A DNA stretch of 32,000 bases from Chlamydiota bacterium (GTDB taxonomy: Bacteria; Auribacterota; JACPWU01), in assembly GCA_016196885.1 (NCBI GenBank), contig JACPWU010000054.1:16230-48229 (forward strand), read 5' to 3'. The first letter of the stretch is position 1; each line of letters starts with the position of its first letter. A model generated the notes under the pieces. That model saw only the letters and a program-made list of their open reading frames with translations. It was not told where the DNA came from and did no database searches. Shown here piece by piece: positions 24,099-32,000 of the stretch. The position numbers and the translations under genes are program-made.

Positions 24099-24800
24099 AT
24101 GAATAATACTATCAAGCGTGTCATTAAAGCTTTGGAAGGCAAAATGGAGAGTTTCCCTCTAGGCGGTGGAACCGCTCTATCTCTTTTTTATTTTCAACAC
24201 CGTCTTTCTTACGACTTGGATTTCTTTACCCAAACATTTTCTCGAAAAGAGGTAGAGAAAATAATAACAGAGCTTTCATCAACTTTAAAAGCGGATGTTC
24301 AATTAACGGCTGAAGTCTCAAAAAGAGAAAGAGCGCGGATCTTGGTTTACAATCTAATATTGGACAAAGAGAATTCCTTAAAAATTGATTTTATTGAGGA
24401 TCTTTTTAAAAGGATTGGAACAGTCAATGTCTTTAACGGAATCCCGGTGCTCTCACTAGAAGATATTTACTTAAGAAAAATTTATGCGGCTTGTGGCGTT
24501 TCTGAAATGCTTGACGAGGCAGGACGAAAAATATTTTTGGGAGGTAGGCAAGAAGTGAAAGATTTTTTTGATCTCTTCTTTTTATCAAAAACATTTATGA
24601 GTCTTTCCAAATTTGCCAGCGATTTTTGCAGCTCTTCTGAAAAGGAAAGCATCATTGCCTGGTATAGAAAATACAATTGCCCTCAGATGAAGATGGGACT
24701 CTCTGAAATTCAAACAGATAAAAGAGTGAGCTATCAGGAAATGGAACGCCATTTTAAGGATGAGGTAGAAGCGTTGGTTCGTAAAGAGGTTGAAGGATGA
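24099..24800 (+). CDS. nucleotidyltransferase, AbiEii/AbiGii (DUF1814) toxin family
   Basis: 233 aa. FPLGGGTALSLFYFQHRLSYDLDFF is the hGG(T/S)x(9-13)DhDh pol-beta-fold NTase motif as found in AbiEii. A further acidic motif is KIDFIED. Confidence 0.7.
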   Translation: MNNTIKRVIKALEGKMESFPLGGGTALSLFYFQHRLSYDLDFFTQTFSRKEVEKIITELSSTLKADVQLTAEVSKRERARILVYNLILDKENSLKIDFIEDLFKRIGTVNVFNGIPVLSLEDIYLRKIYAACGVSEMLDEAGRKIFLGGRQEVKDFFDLFFLSKTFMSLSKFASDFCSSSEKESIIAWYRKYNCPQMKMGLSEIQTDKRVSYQEMERHFKDEVEALVRKEVEG

Positions 24801-25369
24801 AAAATTTATTTTGGGATCGAAAAACGAGTTTAAATAAAGTTAAAAACATTCTCAAAAATCCGGACCATCCTCAATTTATTGAATATGCCGCTCTCGTTCT
24901 TTCTAGAACCAACGAGATCAAAAAGATCTTCTCAGAATTTCTCGATAAAAAAGTCTTTTGCATCCATTGGCGAAAAATCAAAAGCAGAATGCGAAAGAAT
25001 AAATGGGGTGATACCAGAATAGACTTATGGGATGAGGTTTATAAAGTTTTGTCCAAGGATTTAGGGATCAAGGAGTCCAGCAAGGAAGCAGTTCCTCGCC
25101 ACTCCAAGGCTTATGAAATAGGTCAGCGGATCGAAACAGAGCGAGACAAAAGGGGCTGGAATCAGAAAGAGCTGGCTCAGAGAGCAGGTGTCTCTCAGCA
25201 ACTTATTTCTTTCATGGAAAGAGGCTCTCTTAATTTTTCGTTTGAGACTTTGATGAAAGTGACATCAGCATTGGGTCTTCAGTTTGAGATCATCCCGAAG
25301 AAGCATCGTAAGACTGGAAATGTAACGGGCCTTCTCTCGGGTGAAGGAGGTAAGACTCAAACGAGGTGA
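24797..25369 (+). CDS. XRE-family helix-turn-helix protein with unknown ~110-aa N-terminal domain
   Basis: The start overlaps the NTase stop (ATGA). The C-terminal half GWNQKELAQRAGVSQQLISFMERGSLNFSFETLMKVTSALGL is a canonical HTH_3/XRE motif. Confidence 0.7.
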   Translation: MKNLFWDRKTSLNKVKNILKNPDHPQFIEYAALVLSRTNEIKKIFSEFLDKKVFCIHWRKIKSRMRKNKWGDTRIDLWDEVYKVLSKDLGIKESSKEAVPRHSKAYEIGQRIETERDKRGWNQKELAQRAGVSQQLISFMERGSLNFSFETLMKVTSALGLQFEIIPKKHRKTGNVTGLLSGEGGKTQTR

Positions 25370-25408
25370 GATATTAAGTTTTTTTTAGATTTTTGAAATC
25401 ACTTACTT

Positions 25409-25440
25409 GTGTAAAGTGTCACGTAACACTTTACACTTTT
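25409..25440. terminator. hairpin between convergent genes (intrinsic-terminator-like)
   Basis: GTGTAAAGTGT-cacgta-ACACTTTACAC is a perfect 11-bp stem followed by TTTT (25437-25440). Confidence 0.55.
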
Positions 25441-25471
25441 CAAGAGAGATCCTTGAGAAGGGTTTTGAGCT

Positions 25472-26047
25472 TTACGGTTTTTCGGACTGAGCCTTCGTGC
25501 TTTTAAGCGCTGATTCTTTTGAATAATCCACAGGCGCCAGATCGTTTGGAGTGCTAAGTTTCACGTCTGCCAGAAGATTGAGCCAGACGGTGTATCGTTC
25601 GCGGTCTATTTTTGAGGCTTTGTGTGTGTAGCGAATCAGATAAATGGCTGATTTTCCGAGAATGAGTCGGGCCACTTCATACTGATCTTCATCATCGGGA
25701 CAATTTTTGAGTTGCCAGGTGTAGACGATGTCTTCCGGAGTTTCATTCAAAATCTCCCATCGAGTGGCAGGACAAGCCCGATAAAGATCACTTTGCATTC
25801 TTTCCATCAACTCTTTGAGCGTTGTTTTATTTTGAAGATTTTTAAATTGATGGACGGTGACGAGCTCTGTCCAGTTGTCTACCGTTTCTCCCTCGAGCAC
25901 ATATTCTGTGATGTTTTGAGATTCATCATGGGCTTGGTAACCCATTTTCCAGGGGCGGCCATCAAAAGTGGGTTGAAGTGTTTCTTCTGCCTGGCTGAGG
26001 GGGGGCATACTGACTAAAAGGACTAATAAGTAAAGTAAACGTTTCAT
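25472..26047 (-). CDS. secreted hypothetical protein
   Basis: ATG at 26047 gives MKRLLYLLVLLVSMPPLSQA|EE, a signal peptide. The remainder has no motif I recognise. Confidence 0.6.
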   Translation of the reverse strand: MKRLLYLLVLLVSMPPLSQAEETLQPTFDGRPWKMGYQAHDESQNITEYVLEGETVDNWTELVTVHQFKNLQNKTTLKELMERMQSDLYRACPATRWEILNETPEDIVYTWQLKNCPDDEDQYEVARLILGKSAIYLIRYTHKASKIDRERYTVWLNLLADVKLSTPNDLAPVDYSKESALKSTKAQSEKP

Positions 26048-26230
26048 AAATTCTCTGTTTATCAAAGGTAAAGTTAAAGAAAACCCCTTTTTTGTAAAGC
26101 CAATTTAAAAATCTCATAAATCAAAACGATCGTCCAGAAAAGAGTAGTTCCCTTTTTTTCTTCCCTTGGGGACTGTAAAAAGGTAACCTACGGGCTTTAT
26201 TTTCAAAATTGAAATTTAAAGGAGAAGAAA

Positions 26231-26851
26231 ATGAAGAAGATGATGTTGGCTTTATTAATTTGTTCCATGGCCAGAGCGAGTGCTTTTGCCCAAGAGCAGG
26301 CATCAGCCCCAGCTCAGAATGCTCAAGCGCAAAATGCATCTGTTCAAGATGCCAAAATGGCTGAGTGGATGAAACTCGCCAGTCCGAATGAGAATCACCA
26401 GTATTTAGAACCTTTCGTGGGCAGTTGGACTCACACCGTTCGTTGGTGGATGGATCCCAGTCAGCCTGCGCAGGAATCCAAAGGCACCAGTGAAAATCAT
26501 TGGATCATGGGCGGCCGATTTCTTTCTCAAGAAGCCAAGGGTGAATCTATGGGCCAGCCTTTTGAAGGCATGGGGATTACAGGCTACGACAATGTTCGTG
26601 GGGAATACACCTCTATCTGGATTGACAACATGGGTACAGGCATGATGAATGCCACGGCTCAGTATGATTCCGCCACCAAGACCTTTTCTGAAAAGGGTTC
26701 AATGGCTTGCCCCATGACAGGAGAAAAGGATAAGCATTTTAGATCCGAGTGGAAAATCGTGGACAACGATCATTATACGTATGAGATGTACACGAACGGT
26801 CCCGATGGCAAGGAGTTCAAGAATATGGAGATCAGCTATACTCGCGCGTAG
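26231..26851 (+). CDS. DUF1579-like secreted protein
   Basis: Signal peptide MKKMMLALLICSMARASAFA. LEPFVGSWTHTVRWWM...GGRFLSQEAKGESMGQPFEGMGITGYDN..GEYTSIWIDNMGTGMM......DNDHYTYEMY..GPDGKEFKNMEISYTR resembles, from memory, the DUF1579 consensus. Confidence 0.55.
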   Translation: MKKMMLALLICSMARASAFAQEQASAPAQNAQAQNASVQDAKMAEWMKLASPNENHQYLEPFVGSWTHTVRWWMDPSQPAQESKGTSENHWIMGGRFLSQEAKGESMGQPFEGMGITGYDNVRGEYTSIWIDNMGTGMMNATAQYDSATKTFSEKGSMACPMTGEKDKHFRSEWKIVDNDHYTYEMYTNGPDGKEFKNMEISYTRA

Positions 26852-26870
26852 TTTGTTGGGTGGATATTTG

Positions 26871-26910
26871 AAAAAGAGGCTTCCTTTTATTTAGGGAGCC
26901 TCTTTTTTTT
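26871..26910 (+). terminator. rho-independent terminator
   Basis: AAAAAGAGGCTTCC-ttttatttag-GGAGCCTC followed by T8. It lies 20 nt after the stop of the DUF1579-like gene. Confidence 0.75.
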
Positions 26911-26946
26911 GCCCTTTTCATCCTTCAGTCCCCTCTGGACAAGTTA

Positions 26947-26955
26947 TGCTATAAT
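26947..26955 (+). promoter_or_regulatory. extended -10 promoter element upstream of cysD
   Basis: TGcTATAAT at 26947-26955, ~40 nt upstream of the ATG at 26995. The AAGGAA SD lies at ~26983-26988. Confidence 0.45.
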
Positions 26956-26994
26956 ACATGCCCTTTAGTCTTAGAAAAGTGAGAAGGAAAGCTT

Positions 26995-27876
26995 ATGGAT
27001 CATTTGGAAAAATTAGAGAGTCAATCGGTCTACATTCTCAGGGAAGGCTATAGCCAGTTTAAGAATTTGGTGATGCTCTGGTCCATTGGCAAGGACAGCA
27101 CCGTCCTTTTGTGGTTGGCCCGCAAGGCTTTTTTCGGACATGTTCCCTTTCCTCTGGTCCATATCGACACGGCTTACAAAATCCCCGAAATGATTCAGTA
27201 CCGCGATCAATTGGCCTTGGAATGGCATTTGAACATGGTGTATGGCCAGAATACGGAAGCGCTTAAAAACAAGCAGACTTTCCCAGATGGGGCTTTGGAT
27301 CGCATTAGTTGCTGTAAGACCCTCAAGACTGATGCGCTTCGCAATACCTTATCAGGGGCTTGGCCACGGTATCGTTTGGATCACGTTCAAAAAAAATATG
27401 TGCTGGATGAAAATAAAGAGCCTTATACCGGAGTGATTGTCGGAGTCCGAGCCGATGAAGAGGGAAGTCGCTCCAAGGAAAGATATTTCTCTCCCCGTGA
27501 CAAGAGAAATGATTGGAATGTGGGAGATCAGCCGCCTGAACTCTGGAATCAATTCAAAACAGATTTTGCTCCCGGAACACATATTCGGATTCACCCCTTG
27601 CTAGATTGGACGGAATTAAATATCTGGGAATATATTGGTCGGGAAAATATTCCTGTAGTCCCTCTTTATTTTGATCAGGGGAAGGGAGAGCGTTATCGTT
27701 CTCTGGGCTGCTTCCCTTGTACCTTCCCCGTAAAATCGACTGCCAAAAATGTGGAAGATATTATTACAGAATTAAAAACCGGAAAATTTTCCAACATTGC
27801 CGAACGTGCGGGACGAGCTCAAGACAAAGAAGATGGGGGAGGACTTGAGACTTTAAGGCGTGAAGGGTATATGTGA
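26995..27876 (+). CDS. cysD: sulfate adenylyltransferase subunit 2
   Basis: 293 aa. [11 protein letters not shown]..., the PP-loop [13 protein letters not shown], ...[11 protein letters not shown], and the C-terminal RAGRAQDKE....LE.LRREGYM are all characteristic of CysD. Confidence 0.92.
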   Translation: MDHLEKLESQSVYILREGYSQFKNLVMLWSIGKDSTVLLWLARKAFFGHVPFPLVHIDTAYKIPEMIQYRDQLALEWHLNMVYGQNTEALKNKQTFPDGALDRISCCKTLKTDALRNTLSGAWPRYRLDHVQKKYVLDENKEPYTGVIVGVRADEEGSRSKERYFSPRDKRNDWNVGDQPPELWNQFKTDFAPGTHIRIHPLLDWTELNIWEYIGRENIPVVPLYFDQGKGERYRSLGCFPCTFPVKSTAKNVEDIITELKTGKFSNIAERAGRAQDKEDGGGLETLRREGYM

Positions 27877-27909
27877 CGGAAGTTCAAAGGTTCAAAGGTT
27901 TAAAGGTTG

Positions 27910-29715
27910 ATGAAAAAAGATCATACACAAGCAGCTAAAATGAATATCGTCATCGTCGGCCATGTTGATCACGGCAAAAGCACGGTGATCGGCCGACTTC
28001 TCGCGGACACGCATTCTCTTCCTCAGGGGAAACTTGAGCAGGTTAAAAATGAATGTGCCCGAAACTCCAAGCCCTTTGAATATGCCTTTCTTCTGGATGC
28101 ATTAAAAGATGAACAATCCCAAGGGATTACCATTGATACGGCGCGCTCGTTTTTTAAGAGTGAAAAACGCGAGTATATTATCATTGATGCCCCGGGGCAC
28201 ATTGAATTTTTAAAGAACATGATCAGCGGTGCCGCTCGCGCGGAGGCAGCGCTTCTGGTGATTGATGCAAAAGAAGGGGTTCAGGAAAATTCCAAGCGCC
28301 ATGGTTATTTGCTTTCGATGCTGGGCATTCGTCAAGTTGCGGTGTGTATCAACAAAATGGATTTAGTTCAGTACAGCGAAAAGATTTTTAAAGAAATTGA
28401 AAAAGAATACAGAGCCTTTTTAAAACCGATTGGTCTTAAGCCCAAAGCATTTATTCCCATTGCAGCCATGTTGGGTGAAAACATGGTCGAGGCTTCTAAA
28501 AATCTTTCCTGGTATCACGGCAAAACCATTTTAGAAATGTTGGATTCTTTTGAGAAAGCGCCCAGTTTAGATGCTAAACCTTTTCGCATGCCGGTTCAGG
28601 CCATTTATAAATTCACAGAAGAAGGGGATGATCGCCGTATTGTATCAGGTCGCGTCGAATCAGGTTCGATTGCGGTAGGGGACTCTGTCGTGTTTCTTCC
28701 TTCTCACAAAAGATCTGAAGTGAAAACGATTGAAGAATTTCATGCGCCCGCAAAAAAACGTGCCGCGGCGGGTCACTCTATTGGATTTACTCTGAAAGAA
28801 CAGATTTACATCAACCGTGGGGATGTGATGTGCAAGGGCGATGAAGAGCATCCCTTGGTCAGTTCTCTTTTTCAGGCCGAGATTTTCTGGATGGGAAGAG
28901 ACCCGATGGTGATGAACAAGGAATACAAACTCAAAATTGGGACCGCAGCTGTTCCTGTTCAGATCCATGAAATTAAACGAGTTTTCGACGTGTCTCAATT
29001 AAAAAAATCCGAACGCAAAAAGCAAATTGATCGCCATGAAGTGGCGCAATGCATTTTAGAATGCGCTCGGCCGATTGCCTTTGACCTAGCGGGTCAAATA
29101 GAAGCCACGGGTCGATTTGTCATTGTGGATCAATATGATATCTCAGGCGGAGGCATTATTTCGGCCTTGGTGAAGGACAAAGAAGCAGATCTTCGCGACG
29201 AAGTTGAGGCCCGAGAAATGAATTGGGATTTTAGCATTGTGGACCCCAAAGAACGTGAAGCTCGATACGGGCATCCTCCAAAATTTATTTTGCTCACGGG
29301 AAAAGTGGGTGTTGATAAGAAAAACATTGCGAAAGAGATCGAAAAAACCCTTTTTGAAAGAGGGGCCAAAACTTATTTTTTAGGCATGGGAAATCTTTTG
29401 AGAGGCCTAGACGTAGATCTTGAAAAACACAAATCTGAGCGCCATCAACAAGTGCGTCGCATGGGAGAAGTGGCTCATCTTCTCTTGGATGCAGGTCTAA
29501 TCATTTTGGCGACAGGAAGCAATCTCAACGATGAAGAATTGAAAATCCTCCAAGAGGTAACAGACCGATCTTCCATTCTGGTGGTGAATGTGGGTGAAAA
29601 TCATTTTCGCGAAGGAATCGTGGATTTAAATTTAAACGCGAAAGATGCTGCTTCTAGAAATGCTAAAAAGGTGATGGAATTTTTAGAATCAGAAAAGATT
29701 ATTGGTAAAGTTTAA
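27910..29715 (+). CDS. cysN: sulfate adenylyltransferase subunit 1 (GTPase) fused to an APS-kinase-like domain with degenerate P-loop
   Basis: G1 is [10 protein letters not shown]3 is DAPGH and G4 is NKMD. The C-terminal ~150 aa align by eye to APS kinase ([20 protein letters not shown]) but carry [11 protein letters not shown] in place of G.SGSGKST. ATG at 27910; TTG at 27907 in the ORF track. Confidence 0.85.
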   Translation: MKKDHTQAAKMNIVIVGHVDHGKSTVIGRLLADTHSLPQGKLEQVKNECARNSKPFEYAFLLDALKDEQSQGITIDTARSFFKSEKREYIIIDAPGHIEFLKNMISGAARAEAALLVIDAKEGVQENSKRHGYLLSMLGIRQVAVCINKMDLVQYSEKIFKEIEKEYRAFLKPIGLKPKAFIPIAAMLGENMVEASKNLSWYHGKTILEMLDSFEKAPSLDAKPFRMPVQAIYKFTEEGDDRRIVSGRVESGSIAVGDSVVFLPSHKRSEVKTIEEFHAPAKKRAAAGHSIGFTLKEQIYINRGDVMCKGDEEHPLVSSLFQAEIFWMGRDPMVMNKEYKLKIGTAAVPVQIHEIKRVFDVSQLKKSERKKQIDRHEVAQCILECARPIAFDLAGQIEATGRFVIVDQYDISGGGIISALVKDKEADLRDEVEAREMNWDFSIVDPKEREARYGHPPKFILLTGKVGVDKKNIAKEIEKTLFERGAKTYFLGMGNLLRGLDVDLEKHKSERHQQVRRMGEVAHLLLDAGLIILATGSNLNDEELKILQEVTDRSSILVVNVGENHFREGIVDLNLNAKDAASRNAKKVMEFLESEKIIGKV

Positions 29716-29760
29716 TTTTTCGACCTATCTTCATCAAACTCCTCTGAATCTATTCTATTC

Positions 29761-29789
29761 ACTATTCTATACTAAAAGTATAGAATAGT
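29761..29789. promoter_or_regulatory. perfect 12-bp inverted repeat immediately upstream of the third AAA_14 gene
   Basis: ACTATTCTATAC-taaaa-GTATAGAATAGT ends 5 nt before the ATG at 29794. ATTCTAT is also directly repeated just upstream. Confidence 0.45.
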
Positions 29790-29793
29790 TATT

Positions 29794-30735
29794 ATGAATG
29801 TTAATCGCTTTGCTCTCAAAGAGTTATGTCTTGACCTCTCCAGACCTGAAATCACTTTTTTGGTGGGTGCCAGACAAGTGGGCAAAACTTATTTGATGAA
29901 AGAAGTGGAGGCCTTTGCGCGGTCCCAAGGAAAGAAGACCGTTTATTTTAATTTGGAAATTCCTTCTGATCTTTTGAAATTTGCGGGCTCCGAGGAAGAC
30001 ATTTTTAAAACTTTAACTACCTCTGCAGAGGTAGTTTTTTTAGATGAATTTCACTATTTGAAAAATGCGTCCCATTTTTTGAAGGCGGTTTATGACAGCC
30101 ACTTGGGTGTAAAAATTTTTGCTTCCGGTTCTTCCTCCTTAGAGCTTCATAACCATTTGCTTTGTCTCTTGGCGGAGAATCAAGGAAGTCTTGTCTCGGT
30201 ATGGAATTTAGCCAGTGAGGTGGGGTTGACGGCAAAAACCATCGAAAAATATTTGATGATTTTGGAGCAAACCTATGTTTGTTATTCGTGTACCAGTTTT
30301 TCAACGAATTTGGGAAATGAATTAAAGAAATCCAGAAAATATTATTTTTATGACTTGGGTATTCGCAATGTCATTTTAAAGGATTTTGAATATGACATTC
30401 GCCAGAGGAGGGACAAGGGTGCTTTATATGAATCTCTCGTTTTTCTGGAGCTCTTACAAAAGATTTCTCCCAACACCTCTCTTCATTTTTGGAGAACCAA
30501 ACAAAAATCAGAAGTTGATTTTGTGAAGGTGGTGAATCGTAAACCCATTCCGATTGAGGTCAAAAGTTCTCTCTCTGGGTGTGCAATTCCTTCAGGGATG
30601 AACGATTTTTTAAATCGATATCCTCATACGAAAGAAGGAGTTGTGGTGAATGAAAGTTACAAGGGAGAAGTCAAACATGGCTCGGCAGTGATTCGATTTA
30701 TTCCTTGGAAAGAGATAGGTCAAGGGATGGGATAA
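29794..30735 (+). CDS. AAA_14/DUF4143 ATPase, shortened copy (probable in-frame internal deletion)
   Basis: Walker A is LVGARQVGKT and Walker B is VVFLDEFHYL. The sequence GSSSLELHNHL runs directly into the DUF4143 segment LLAENQGSLVSVWNLASEVGLTAKTIEKYL. About 70 aa present in the 22416-23558 paralogue are missing. The C-terminal ..EVDFV....IPIEVKS is retained. Confidence 0.7.
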   Translation: MNVNRFALKELCLDLSRPEITFLVGARQVGKTYLMKEVEAFARSQGKKTVYFNLEIPSDLLKFAGSEEDIFKTLTTSAEVVFLDEFHYLKNASHFLKAVYDSHLGVKIFASGSSSLELHNHLLCLLAENQGSLVSVWNLASEVGLTAKTIEKYLMILEQTYVCYSCTSFSTNLGNELKKSRKYYFYDLGIRNVILKDFEYDIRQRRDKGALYESLVFLELLQKISPNTSLHFWRTKQKSEVDFVKVVNRKPIPIEVKSSLSGCAIPSGMNDFLNRYPHTKEGVVVNESYKGEVKHGSAVIRFIPWKEIGQGMG

Positions 30736-30881
30736 GAAAAATAGAAAACCAGATCGAAAATTTTTTCATAAAAGGTCGGCTTGAAAGAAGAGAATTTAAG
30801 CTTTTTCATGCCCTTTTTTCAAAAGTCAAAGAGCGTCTGGCCTCTTGAAATTTTTTGATCACATGTTAGTGTTGTGAGCCT

Positions 30882-31625
30882 ATGAATGTAAAAACCCAGC
30901 CTTTTTCTGAAGAAATGGATCGGCTTTTTAAGAATTTCGATGCCCAGAAATTTTCTCAAGGATATTGGGCGCAAGATGAATTTATTTTTATTCCGCCTTT
31001 TTTGCCTGAGCCTCTTTTGTCTGCATTGATGGAAGAGGCCAATTTTTTGCAAGCGGGTGTGAATCGCAATCATATTCCCAAGCATAAAAAAGGGGGCAGC
31101 GTCAGCGCCTTTACCTTGGCCCAGGAGGCGCCTATGCTGCATGCTTTCTATCTTTCAGATGAGTTTAGGAAATTTGTGGAAAGGCTGGTCGGAAAAAATC
31201 TTCAGCTTTGTCCCCCCAAGGACCCTCATTCTCATGCCCTTTATTATTACACAGAGGCGGGGGATCATATCGGCTGCCATTATGATACTTCCTATTATCG
31301 GGGGGCTCGTTATACGATCCTGGTCGGTCTCATTCAGCAGTCTTCGAGCCGGCTCTTGGCGCGGCTTCATACCCGTCAGTCCGAGAAAAAGCCTGTGGAT
31401 TTATCGCTCGATACGGTTCCCGGTTCAATGGTGATTTTCAATGGCGATAAGGTTTATCATGCCGTGAGCCCTTCGAAAGAGGGAGAGAGGCGTGTGGTGT
31501 TTACGATGGAATATGTGACGAATCAGGGAATGAGGGCAGCCCAAAGAATTTTTTCGAATTTGAAAGACGCGTTTGGATATTTTGGTGTAAAATCCCTTTT
31601 TCAGAGTTGGCGTAAGAGTATTTAA
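30882..31625 (+). CDS. 2OG-Fe(II) oxygenase superfamily protein
   Basis: 247 aa. HxD is in IGCHYDTS, the distal His is in GDKVYHAV, and a basic residue follows in ERRVVFTMEY. This is the jelly-roll dioxygenase arrangement. Confidence 0.6.
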   Translation: MNVKTQPFSEEMDRLFKNFDAQKFSQGYWAQDEFIFIPPFLPEPLLSALMEEANFLQAGVNRNHIPKHKKGGSVSAFTLAQEAPMLHAFYLSDEFRKFVERLVGKNLQLCPPKDPHSHALYYYTEAGDHIGCHYDTSYYRGARYTILVGLIQQSSSRLLARLHTRQSEKKPVDLSLDTVPGSMVIFNGDKVYHAVSPSKEGERRVVFTMEYVTNQGMRAAQRIFSNLKDAFGYFGVKSLFQSWRKSI

Positions 31626-31636
31626 AATTGTAAAAG

Positions 31637-31708
31637 GCCACCTTAGCTCAGTGGTAGAGCAGCTGTTTCGTAAACAGCAGGTCGTCGGTTCAATCCCGAC
31701 AGGTGGCT
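31637..31708 (+). tRNA. tRNA-Thr (anticodon CGU)
   Basis: The manual cloverleaf has acceptor GCCACCT/AGGTGGC, D stem GCTC/GAGC and anticodon stem GCTGT/ACAGC with loop TT-CGT-AA. The variable loop is AGGTC and the T arm is GTCGG-TTCAATC-CCGAC. Discriminator T; no encoded CCA. Confidence 0.9.
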
Positions 31709-31733
31709 TAAATTCCGTTCATCGTGCGTGCTT

Positions 31734-31930
31734 CGAAATCTGATGAGAAACATTCATGCCGACTGAGGTCGGCACAAAGGGGGATGAAAATCACCCTTTG
31801 TAGTCGCCCCATTTATGGGGCGGTCTATGACATTGGGGCATTGGGCACTGCCCGATAAATCGGGTGATTACAAGTCATCATGAGTCATTGTATAAGAAAG
31901 AGTAAAGACTATTTTCAGATGAAATGCGGG
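31734..31930. repeat. cluster of hairpin repeats 3' of the tRNA, flanked by fragments of the 1168-1349 palindrome arm
   Basis: CGAAATCTGATGAGAAA (31734-31750) is identical to 1324-1340. GAAATGCGGG (31921-31930) is identical to 1337-1346. Between them are the hairpins GCCGAC-tgag-GTCGGC and CAAAGGG..CCCTTTG, plus the double hairpin at 31803-31864 that is shared, in inverted orientation, with 10902-10939. Confidence 0.65.
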
Positions 31931-32000
31931 TTAAAGGATGGAAGTTCCTCCCCTCCGTGGTTTCCTATAGTAGACAGACTCCTATCGTCGGGGTTTAACC

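Noticed and set aside
30819-31142. A 107-aa minus-strand ORF lies opposite the 2OG-oxygenase gene; similar antisense ORFs occur inside cysN, cydA/B and the cytochrome-porin gene.
   Set aside because: Each is fully embedded antisense to a gene with clear family motifs. They are Arg/Lys/Phe-rich as expected for antisense frames, and none has an SD.

Overview
This is an AT-leaning bacterial window. Signal peptides, a porin-like protein ending in Phe and SD-led genes suggest a diderm. All calls come from reading the translations and the DNA by eye; no searches were run.

Core metabolism:
- msrB, 3' end only (1-320)
- cydAB cytochrome bd oxidase (13577-16060), followed by a chlorite-dismutase-family gene, a GNAT and a PNP/UDP-family phosphorylase
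- cysD plus a cysN/APS-kinase-like fusion (26995-29715)
- a 2OG-Fe(II) oxygenase
- tRNA-Thr(CGU) (31637-31708)

The dominant feature is one uninterrupted 2,630-codon minus-strand ORF (2475-10367). It encodes a mosaic envelope protein with three signal/TM-like segments, a Pro/Thr linker built on 30-bp tandem repeats, a jelly-roll-like domain, a beta-rich segment and two paralogous helical modules of about 390 aa.

Other notable loci:
- a candidate fused monohaem cytochrome c/porin (Cyc2-like, 20181-21416) with a small His-rich secreted protein downstream
- a minus-strand cluster (10953-13468) ending in a beta-trefoil (fascin-like) repeat protein whose reading frame changes at a C4 run
- an accessory patch (about 17.6-25.4 kb) with a GIY-YIG nuclease, an intact BrnT/BrnA pair, a decayed DUF2779 gene, an internally deleted IS5-type element that keeps its terminal inverted repeats, an AAA_14/DUF4143 ATPase, an orphan Arc-type RHH gene, and an AbiEii-type nucleotidyltransferase followed by an HTH protein

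Intergenic DNA carries several families of hairpin or MITE-like repeats. One is a 145-nt GC-rich three-armed structure whose only stem mismatches are G-T.

Many accessory genes carry internal deletions. I found no CRISPR array, rRNA, integrase or reverse transcriptase.
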